A stretch of 64,000 nucleotides of DNA from an uncultured Bacteroidales bacterium (GTDB lineage Bacteria > Bacteroidota > Bacteroidia > Bacteroidales > WCHB1-69): NCBI GenBank assembly GCA_905233585.1, contig CAJOFD010000007.1, positions 6,684 to 70,683 of the forward strand. The letters are read 5' to 3'. The position numbers and the translations under genes were made by a program. This document shows, piece by piece, positions 8,748-15,838 of this stretch (within the stretch, counting starts at the first letter, position 1; each line of letters opens with the position of its first letter). The notes under the pieces were generated by a model that worked only from the letters and a program-made list of their open reading frames with translations, did no database searches and had not been told where the DNA came from.

Positions 8748-9320
8748 TCATTTACTGATTTTATGTTTCGTATATCTAATTGGTTGCTCTTTTCTGCCGT
8801 AAACATAAACCGTATAACCTTGAGGTGTATTATCTTCAGCCAATATTAAGGTATCTTTCGTGAGTTTTTTTATCTCATAAATCTCTTTTTGGGGGCAATA
8901 TAATACTAACACAGAATCGCATAATATCTCATACTTCACACCTGAAAGTAAATAAAGTTCACGGATTAGGTTGTTGAACTCAACTGTGTCAGCAACATTG
9001 TTGTTTGTCTTTTCATTAACGACCTCCTCGTTGTTTTCTTCCCAATAGACGACTTCCTCTTCATAAGATTCCTCAAAGGTGTTGTTAAAAGCTTCAGCAT
9101 CCACAAGTGCTTCTTCCACGACTTCTTCATCGTCCATAGAGTTAAAGACAATACATTTATTTTTGTCATACAGAACACCTTCAAGATATTCCTCATTCGA
9201 AGGTATTTGAACCTCTTGCAAATACCACGTTCCTCCTATTAGCTTTTGTTTGGATGATTGTGCGAATATGAATTCACCAACAATCACTAACAGAATAACT
9301 ATTATGGATGCTTTTTTCAT
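8748..9320 (-). CDS. Secreted acidic protein of unknown function
   Basis: The ORF is open to 9344 (GTG). ATG at 9320 gives a signal-peptide-like MKKASIIVILLVIVGEFIFAQ. The middle region is Glu-rich (EEVVEEALVDAE..EESYEEEVVYWEENNEEVV). The start is uncertain (9320/9329/9344). Confidence 0.55.
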   Translation of the reverse strand: MKKASIIVILLVIVGEFIFAQSSKQKLIGGTWYLQEVQIPSNEEYLEGVLYDKNKCIVFNSMDDEEVVEEALVDAEAFNNTFEESYEEEVVYWEENNEEVVNEKTNNNVADTVEFNNLIRELYLLSGVKYEILCDSVLVLYCPQKEIYEIKKLTKDTLILAEDNTPQGYTVYVYGRKEQPIRYTKHKISK

Positions 9321-9346
9321 ATTATACATCTTTACATTTTTCACTT

Positions 9347-9799
9347 CTATTGTTCCAACACTCTATAAAAACTCCCAGGCAAATACACATTCTTGATATC
9401 ATTCTCGATGGCTTTGAAGAACAACGGGGCAATTTCCTGCGGGGTGAAGCCTGCAATACCGCAGCCAATCTCTGTGACCAAGAAATCCAGTTCGCCATGC
9501 ACTGTGGCGAATTGCAGGAAATCATCCACGTAGGGTTTGATAGTTTCCACACCGCCCTGCATAGTCGGGATGGCGTATGTCTTTCCATACATGCCCACTC
9601 CCTTTCCCCATACAGCTCCGAAGTGCTCGTATGCCATACGGGCAGCCCCACCCACATGGCCCCCCATGCCGTCACACACCACAAAAACGTCACCATTCGG
9701 TGTGTCCAATGCCATGTCGTGACTATCTTCCTGTGCCTTTCGGACATTGCCGACAACGCCTTTCTTAAAAATGTTGTTTCTATTGGTTACTAAACTCAT
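9347..9799 (-). CDS. Chimeric ORF: duplicated PP2C N-terminus (52 aa) fused to a small phage-associated-type domain (YAIPT..GCGIAGF)
   Basis: The first 52 aa match the PP2C N-terminus with one I->V change. The remainder (ARMAYEHFGAVWGKGVGMYGKTYAIPT..FLVTEIGCGIAGFTPQEIAPLF) resembles, from memory, the family NCBI labels A1S_2505 phage non-structural protein. It lacks that family's own N-terminal strand. Confidence 0.6.
   Translation of the reverse strand: MSLVTNRNNIFKKGVVGNVRKAQEDSHDMALDTPNGDVFVVCDGMGGHVGGAARMAYEHFGAVWGKGVGMYGKTYAIPTMQGGVETIKPYVDDFLQFATVHGELDFLVTEIGCGIAGFTPQEIAPLFFKAIENDIKNVYLPGSFYRVLEQ
9645..9799. repeat. Copy B of the ~155-nt dispersed repeat (5' end of the chimeric ORF)
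   Basis: See copy A (7069-7223). Confidence 0.85.
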
Positions 9800-9845
9800 A
9801 ATAATGTTTTTAATTAATGTTCATATTGCTACCTCAAATGCCTTT

Positions 9846-10451
9846 TTAAAGGGTTGTTCTTTCGTCAAATAGTTTACTTTCATCATAATCGGAATAATAG
9901 TCCAACTGTTTTAAGATTGGAGAGTTTTGTAACACCTTTATCAAGTGTTTCAATTCATTTGCACTGAGGAAAACACGACCATTTTTATTTGTTATCTCAA
10001 CACCAGAAAGCACCGTATTGACACCTCCTTCTCCAGGAGACATCGTGCGTTCATGATGATTAAAGCCAGCAGCACATACTCTCACACGAGTTTGCCTTTC
10101 ACGATTATCCGGACCTGTTGACCCCATATCAATGTGCATTTCAATATTAAAGTCGTGTCCGCAGCTTTCGCATTTGCCATCCCAATGATAGTTCCACGGA
10201 ACAATGCGATCCCTTATGTCATATAGTGACGACACAACGATTCCAAATTCTGGCCGAGGAATTCCCTTTCTCAGTGGCTGTCCGCAATGAGGACAGGAGG
10301 GTATCGTCATCAATTCTGCAACATGTTGGTGTAAATATTCACGTCCATCAAAAGGATTAACGTTCCTGATTGAATAATACTGCGTCGGACAGTACGGACA
10401 CGTGTCGCCTTCATATAAGTGGCCTCGGGGGCATTGTTTTAGTGTGCTCAT
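9846..10451 (-). CDS. Multi-Zn-ribbon protein of unknown function
   Basis: 201 aa. The N-terminal CPRGHLYEGDTCPYCP is paralogous to the heads of the 489-aa and 205-aa proteins. Further Cys pairs are CPHCG and CESCGH. Confidence 0.6.
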   Translation of the reverse strand: MSTLKQCPRGHLYEGDTCPYCPTQYYSIRNVNPFDGREYLHQHVAELMTIPSCPHCGQPLRKGIPRPEFGIVVSSLYDIRDRIVPWNYHWDGKCESCGHDFNIEMHIDMGSTGPDNRERQTRVRVCAAGFNHHERTMSPGEGGVNTVLSGVEITNKNGRVFLSANELKHLIKVLQNSPILKQLDYYSDYDESKLFDERTTL

Positions 10452-10459
10452 ATTAATTT

Positions 10460-11071
10460 TTATTTAAACCCAGTTACTTTCCATTTGCCATTGATTTTTT
10501 CGAGCAAGACTTTCACGTTAGTATCACCATAGCGTGTTATATCTTGGAATCCGACATGATTAACTTCAGAAGTTGGACTACACGTTACATATACCTTTTT
10601 AATATTTATGCCAGCACGAGGTTCGCTTTCCCCTGGCAAATAAACCATACCGTTTTTAACATATTGCTCAATACCACCATACCTGCTTCCACCTTCCTCA
10701 TAATACCATTCGTCCTGAACATAGGCGATGGTGACCTCATATTCCCTGAATAATGCAGGAAGCCAAGATAAAATAGCAAGCTTCCCTGTAGAAAAGTAAT
10801 CCACAAGGGAATTTATACCATATTCACCATAATCTTTTCGAATGTAAGGATCTGTATAATATATCTTACCCCTAATATCCATATACGACCTCATCTTGTC
10901 AAAATCTTTTTGCAAGATCGCACATATAAAATTATAGGTAATGGCAGCAGGGGTTTTACATTCAGCGATTTCCTGATTGCTTAATCTTAGCACAATCGGA
11001 TTGGGGTATTGAGCATATAGGGTTCCCAAAAACATCACTGACAAAACGATAATTGCGAATAACTTTTTCAT
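10460..11071 (-). CDS. Secreted protein of unknown function
   Basis: 203 aa with a signal-peptide-like MKKLFAIIVLSVMFLGTLYAQ. It sits 8 nt from the next gene, and I recognised no motif. Confidence 0.55.
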   Translation of the reverse strand: MKKLFAIIVLSVMFLGTLYAQYPNPIVLRLSNQEIAECKTPAAITYNFICAILQKDFDKMRSYMDIRGKIYYTDPYIRKDYGEYGINSLVDYFSTGKLAILSWLPALFREYEVTIAYVQDEWYYEEGGSRYGGIEQYVKNGMVYLPGESEPRAGINIKKVYVTCSPTSEVNHVGFQDITRYGDTNVKVLLEKINGKWKVTGFK

Positions 11072-11099
11072 AAATCAAAATAAATTATAACAATGAATA

Positions 11100-12914
11100 T
11101 TAATTTTTCGTTGAAACTCTGGTCAGATTATCTGATCTGAAATCAGACTTTCCGTCATATTTCCATACAGACCATTGACCATCTTTTGCACACCCCCCAA
11201 TATAAAAAGAGTATCCATCTGTCACAACCGACATAGCCTGATACCTTAATTTATCATTTACTTGGAAACCTTCCCCATTGACCCAAACCATTGCATTTGA
11301 GTTAGGATTCTGTACAATTCCAGTCACAACAATCACCCCAGCATTGTTCACTGCAACAGATTGTGCACTACCATATTCCACATTTCCCAGAGATATAAAA
11401 TCACCATCCTTCCATAAAGCGGGTTTGTTATTCACTTCTCCTGCCACAAATATATCTCCTTTATCGGTGAGAAAAATAGAATTGGCACGACTCATCTCCA
11501 AATTATAAGCCACTTCCTCGCCATTTCCTCGTAACACATACAGAAAGGCTTCTCCAGAGAAATATTCACCTGTATATCCTGCCACATATATGTTATCTCC
11601 CTTTACAACCACCGAATTTGCAGATCCGCTTTCGCCTAAACTGTTCGGAACACCATTTTTCCACAGAGTGGGTTGTCCGTCTTTCTGTCCTGCAACATAC
11701 ACATCATTCCTATCTACATATACACAATTTGCCTCCGCTTGTCCCAAGCCCTCCGCCAACATTTGCCTCTCTCCATTCTTCCATAGCAGAGCCTCTCCTT
11801 TATCATTCTCATCTATCGTAACATATACATCATTACCTGAAACGAACACTGATGTTGCTTTATTAAAATTACCCATTTCTCCGATTTCTTGGGCAACACC
11901 ATTCTTCCATAATGTTGGAACATCAGTTTCTGACGTTTGTTCACAAGTGCTACCGACAGCATAAACGTCATTTCCCGAAACGAACACAGAATTAATATCG
12001 GTATAAGGTCTGCTTGTCTTACTGTCGGATTTGTGAAATAGCAATATTGCCACAACAATCACAACAGCAATAATGCTACCCAAAACAAGCCACAACCATG
12101 TTTTTTTCAACCCTTGCGTTTTTGCAGGGGTACTATGATCATACTCCAACAAATTCCAGCAGCTGACACCGTTCTTTTTGATTTGCAAGATAGCCCAAAG
12201 AATAATCAGTGATATTGGGGTTACTATTACCTGAATGATAGGATTTAGGTCAAGACTCAAACCTATTAACATGTAATCCTGCTTAACAAGGTTTATCATG
12301 ATTACATTGACAATGGCAAGTATTATTGCTGTAACAACAGCTCCCCAAAAGCCTATTTTCTTCCATTTCAAAAGCAAAGAGTAACTAATAATCATACAAA
12401 TCCCTCCTATTACGGAAACAATTTGCCAAATTAGAATATGAGGATGTATCGCCTCGGAAAACGGAGTAATATCTATGCCATTGGCAACAAGATCCATGCC
12501 TAAATACCCTAAATTTGTCAAGTTTTGATATGTAAACAGATTCAATATGATTCCTAAAACACTACTCACAATCCCAAGCCACAACCAAAATATCACAAAA
12601 CCATGACGTTCTTTAATGCGAGGAGCGTACGGGATTCCTGCTTCCGGTGCCACTGACGCAACTGTTTCAGAGTCTTCAAAGTATTGCTTCCATGGGATAG
12701 TACTATTGCCAATACGTACCACATCATTTATGTTCAGATTGATTTCCCCACTTATTTTCTGTCCATTAACGTATGTGCCGTTAGTACTTCCAAAATCCGA
12801 CAAGGTGAAATGCCCGTCATCATGTTGGATGATTTGCATGTGATGACGTGACGCATGCGGATCTTTAACCATCACATCGTTTTCTTCGCTTCTTCCTATT
12901 GTAATTACCTTCAT
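11100..12914 (-). CDS. FHA - polytopic membrane - repeat (beta-propeller-like) sensor protein
   Basis: ATG at 12914 (MKVITIGRSEEND..) fits the upstream stop at 12934. The FHA domain reads SRHHMQI..STNGTYVNGQKI..RIGNSTIPWKQYF. Several hydrophobic segments follow. After them come about seven ~40-aa repeats of the type SVFVSGNDVYAVG....PTLWKNG (nt ~11127-11969). Confidence 0.78.
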   Translation of the reverse strand: MKVITIGRSEENDVMVKDPHASRHHMQIIQHDDGHFTLSDFGSTNGTYVNGQKISGEINLNINDVVRIGNSTIPWKQYFEDSETVASVAPEAGIPYAPRIKERHGFVIFWLWLGIVSSVLGIILNLFTYQNLTNLGYLGMDLVANGIDITPFSEAIHPHILIWQIVSVIGGICMIISYSLLLKWKKIGFWGAVVTAIILAIVNVIMINLVKQDYMLIGLSLDLNPIIQVIVTPISLIILWAILQIKKNGVSCWNLLEYDHSTPAKTQGLKKTWLWLVLGSIIAVVIVVAILLFHKSDSKTSRPYTDINSVFVSGNDVYAVGSTCEQTSETDVPTLWKNGVAQEIGEMGNFNKATSVFVSGNDVYVTIDENDKGEALLWKNGERQMLAEGLGQAEANCVYVDRNDVYVAGQKDGQPTLWKNGVPNSLGESGSANSVVVKGDNIYVAGYTGEYFSGEAFLYVLRGNGEEVAYNLEMSRANSIFLTDKGDIFVAGEVNNKPALWKDGDFISLGNVEYGSAQSVAVNNAGVIVVTGIVQNPNSNAMVWVNGEGFQVNDKLRYQAMSVVTDGYSFYIGGCAKDGQWSVWKYDGKSDFRSDNLTRVSTKN

Positions 12915-12933
12915 AAATCCATGTGTGTTTGTA

Positions 12934-14457
12934 TTATACATAAAAAATAATGAGTGCTTCTCCCAAACCAATTATATCTCCGCTTTTTAGTGTGCATTGC
13001 TGGAAAAACTGTCCGTTTACAATAACACCTTGCGTGTATGATTTACTTTTGTTCGTTATATCAAACGCTGTCCCATTAAAAGTTATTTCAGCGTGAAATC
13101 CCGACACTGTCTTATTGTTAAGCACAACATCATTGTTTTCGTTGCGTCCGAGTGTCGTATGGATATTGTTTATAGTGTATGTGAATGATGTGTCAGGTAT
13201 TTTGCATTGTAGATGCGGAAACAGATTTTTCGTCTGCATAAGGTTTGTCAAACGTTTTTCCTTTTCAGCACGCTCTTTTTCAGCGGCTTCAGCGGCTATC
13301 CGTCTCTTTTCTTCCTCTTGCTGACGTTTCAACTCTTCCAATTGCTCGTTTGATTGGTCTATGCCCTTTTGAAGTATTTCATTTTTCTTGTTGCGTTCAG
13401 CAATGCTGCGGCGGATGAACCAAACAGAAAAAATAACAATAGCAATAAAAATCACCACAAAGACAATAAACAATGCCGTATTTTCCTCTATCCAATCACA
13501 AAATGTCATATCGGGAGCATTGAAAGCCGCCAACAACTGCGGTACTTTATTGACAGTAAGCCCTATACGATGGGGTTTACCATCTCTTTTGGCTTTTGTT
13601 GTGAAAGTTATTTCATAATCATTGCCATAGCAACGAGAGTCAAAATTATAATAATAGTTTCGCAAAACAGCAAGAGCTTCATTTACATCGCATGAAGATG
13701 CATGAAGACCATAAGTACTTTCCGATAGAGAATTTACCTCTGGAGCATCTCCAGCAAGAGGATATTTCACTACATAAATAGGAATATCTGCATCCAAAGC
13801 ATTTTTTCTAACACTTTCCATCTCTGTACTTGCCCCAGCCGCTTTCACATTGAGTCCAGCAGTTACTACAATAAGGATACAAGTACGATTAGATGGTTCT
13901 TTCTTTAATAATTCAATACCTTCATTAATAGCAAGATACAAATCAGATTGTTGGGAAAACTCTTTGAAAAATTCACTACTTCTAGTATAACTATATACTG
14001 TATCTTTCAATTGTCGAGAATCTGAAGAAAAAGATTTTAATAGAGGTTCGGTTACAGTCCGTTTGCTACTTTTTTTCCGATTGAACACTGCAACATTAAA
14101 CATATCGGAATCGTTCAATAAAGTTTCGTTAAAGAACCGAGATAGCAATTGGCGTGTAAATTCCGTCTGTTTACTATGACTAACCATGTCTTCCCATAAA
14201 AACAATATACTTTTGTTTTGATTGACATTGCCTTTGGAAAGCACTTTAAAATTAAAATCAATAGGCTGATTATCTTCATCTGTCAAAACGAATTGAGACT
14301 TATCAAGCACATCAGGATTGGCTGAATTCCATACAAATGAAATTTCCGGATATTTTTCAGTATTGTATTTACTTTTAAGACCTCTTGTATTTTGAGCCCA
14401 CAGTTGAGCCGTAAGCAAAAATGCACCGAATACAATATATAGATATACACGTTTCAT
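12934..14457 (-). CDS. Signal peptide - vWA-like domain - TM - coiled coil - C-terminal FHA protein
   Basis: ATG at 14457 (MKRVYLYIVFGAFLLTAQLWAQ). The vWA-like strand pattern has a degenerate MIDAS (LFLWEDMVSHS, ILIVVTAGLN, IPIYVVKYP). A TM segment follows (ALFIVFVVIFIAIVIFSVWFI), then an EEEKRR-rich helix. The C-terminal FHA domain reads TTLGRNENNDVVL..SGFHAEI..GVIVNGQ. Confidence 0.72.
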   Translation of the reverse strand: MKRVYLYIVFGAFLLTAQLWAQNTRGLKSKYNTEKYPEISFVWNSANPDVLDKSQFVLTDEDNQPIDFNFKVLSKGNVNQNKSILFLWEDMVSHSKQTEFTRQLLSRFFNETLLNDSDMFNVAVFNRKKSSKRTVTEPLLKSFSSDSRQLKDTVYSYTRSSEFFKEFSQQSDLYLAINEGIELLKKEPSNRTCILIVVTAGLNVKAAGASTEMESVRKNALDADIPIYVVKYPLAGDAPEVNSLSESTYGLHASSCDVNEALAVLRNYYYNFDSRCYGNDYEITFTTKAKRDGKPHRIGLTVNKVPQLLAAFNAPDMTFCDWIEENTALFIVFVVIFIAIVIFSVWFIRRSIAERNKKNEILQKGIDQSNEQLEELKRQQEEEKRRIAAEAAEKERAEKEKRLTNLMQTKNLFPHLQCKIPDTSFTYTINNIHTTLGRNENNDVVLNNKTVSGFHAEITFNGTAFDITNKSKSYTQGVIVNGQFFQQCTLKSGDIIGLGEALIIFYV

Positions 14458-14459
14458 TT

Positions 14460-15077
14460 TTAACAAGATGTTCTGAATTTAAAAACTGTTTTTCCCATAC
14501 GAATCTCATCACCATCTTGCAAATAACAAGGCTCCAAATCAATATCATTGTTATTCACAAAAGTTCCATGCGAAGATTGCTGGTCAGTAATGGAATATTT
14601 GCCTGCTCGGAAAAGAATAACGGCGTGTTTTGCTGATACCATGTTGTCATTAACAGTGATGTTGCATTCCATATCGCGTCCAATTATGTTGCGTCCCTCA
14701 TATAGTTTAAAGTCAACACCCATATTATCAAGAGTATATGAAACCAACCAACCTACCAATTTACGTGTGGTACGCCCCCCTTGCTTTCTTCCTTCTGGAG
14801 AAGGAACTCCTACATCATATTCATCACCAAAAACAGTGTGACTGCTTGGGCTCGGGTTAGAAACCACAGTTTCAGATTCTACCACAGCGGTTTTTGTCGT
14901 ACCACCAAAATTTCCCGGCATTGTTTCTGTTGGTGCTTGGCTATCTCCACCTCCAAAAATTTCAGTTTTTGCCGAAGTGGGACTTCCCCCCACATTTACA
15001 TTTCCCGTTTTGCAATAAGGACAAGTAGCTCCATGATAGTAATGACCATTAGGACATTGTTTAAATTCGTTTGCCAT
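14460..15077 (-). CDS. Zn-ribbon + FHA protein (first gene of the cluster)
   Basis: ATG at 15077 (MANEFKQCPNGHYYHGATCPYCK). A Gly/Pro/Thr-rich linker follows. The C-terminal FHA domain reads NIIGRDMECNITV..SAKHAVI..SSHGTFVNNNDI. Confidence 0.8.
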   Translation of the reverse strand: MANEFKQCPNGHYYHGATCPYCKTGNVNVGGSPTSAKTEIFGGGDSQAPTETMPGNFGGTTKTAVVESETVVSNPSPSSHTVFGDEYDVGVPSPEGRKQGGRTTRKLVGWLVSYTLDNMGVDFKLYEGRNIIGRDMECNITVNDNMVSAKHAVILFRAGKYSITDQQSSHGTFVNNNDIDLEPCYLQDGDEIRMGKTVFKFRTSC

Positions 15078-15104
15078 AATTATTTCCTTTTTAATAATAA
15101 AGTG

Positions 15105-15112
15105 CAAAGATA
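15105..15112 (-). promoter_or_regulatory. Bacteroidetes -7 promoter box (TATCTTTG) heading the FHA cluster
   Basis: The plus strand reads caaagata, so the minus strand reads TATCTTTG, matching the TAnnTTTG consensus. It lies 28 nt upstream of the ATG at 15077. Confidence 0.55.
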
Positions 15113-15200
15113 TATTTCAACATCTGATAAACCTCTACCGTACAGACAAGAACTTCTCTACATATTGTAGACAAAATATCTACAATATTGTCTGCAATTT

Positions 15201-15419
15201 TTATCTCGTTTCCTTTTTAGCATTTGTTTCTTCAGAAAGGTCTTGGAAAAAATCATACCCCAAAACCACCGACAACCGTTGCAACAAGTCCGTATCTATC
15301 GAAGCGCGTTTGAAAATCAAATACACATTCGTTCTGTCACAATGTATTTGCTTTGCAAGCCACGAAACACTTCTGCCTTGCTGCTTAACAACTTCTCGTA
15401 CTCTTTGCCCTACATGCAT
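15201..15419 (-). CDS. Small helix-turn-helix DNA-binding protein
   Basis: 72 aa. GRSVSWLAKQIHCDRTNVYLIFKR looks like an HTH motif. The gene stands alone, 90 nt upstream of the cluster promoter box. Confidence 0.55.
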   Translation of the reverse strand: MHVGQRVREVVKQQGRSVSWLAKQIHCDRTNVYLIFKRASIDTDLLQRLSVVLGYDFFQDLSEETNAKKETR

Positions 15420-15490
15420 ATTTTTCTACATATACCTCCAGTTCCCAAAGGCTAAAAACAAATAGAAACGTGGAACTGTATCTATATATC

Positions 15491-15622
15491 CTGTAGAGAA
15501 GGTCCCTGAGAAAAACCACAGCATAAGATATAACAATAACAGATCCACGTATAATGCGAGGATCCGTTATTCTTTAACTTGTATGCTGTATATCAAAAGC
15601 TTCTCAGGTCTTTTCTCTACAC
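15491..15622. other. ~130-nt nested imperfect inverted repeat (long hairpin) in a divergent intergenic region
   Basis: The outer arms are ctgtagagaaggtccctgagaa and ttctcaggtcttttctctacac. The middle arms are acagcata and tatgctgt. The inner arms are aataacagatcc (15535-15546) and ggatccgttatt (15560-15571), with a 13-nt loop containing tataat. Confidence 0.6.
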
Positions 15623-15802
15623 AATAAAAGAATAACGTTTCAAAATGAAGATTTTCTTTTCTTCATTTGTTTGCAAAATTACAATTTTATTTTAATACCC
15701 ATTTATGTATTTTTTTCTCTAACATTTTATAACTTTCCACCTTGAACTTTTACATTTTTTTGTCGATTTTTGTATATTTCAACAATATTGAAAATTTTGT
15801 GC

Positions 15803-15810
15803 TATCTTTG
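15803..15810 (+). promoter_or_regulatory. Bacteroidetes -7 promoter box (TATCTTTG)
   Basis: Matches TAnnTTTG and lies 29 nt upstream of the ATG at 15839. Confidence 0.5.
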
Positions 15811-15838
15811 CAAGATAAAATCAAAAACATATAAAAAA

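Noticed and set aside
9308-9793. 161-aa plus-strand and 144-aa minus-strand ORFs overlapping the chimeric ORF
   Set aside because: They are His/Cys/Pro/Trp-rich translations of the locally GC-rich segment. The 9347-9799 frame alone carries recognisable PP2C and YAIPT/GCGIAGF motifs.
1-15112. Reading the cluster as a T6SS threonine-phosphorylation checkpoint (Fha/PpkA/PppA) or as the actinobacterial FhaA/FhaB/PstP/RodA/PbpA/PknAB division cluster
   Set aside because: The window contains no TssB/C, Hcp, VgrG, TssK or baseplate genes, and no rodA/ftsW or PBP genes. The FtsK-like ATPase and the Esx-like ORF do not belong to either system. T6SS genes beyond the window edge cannot be excluded.
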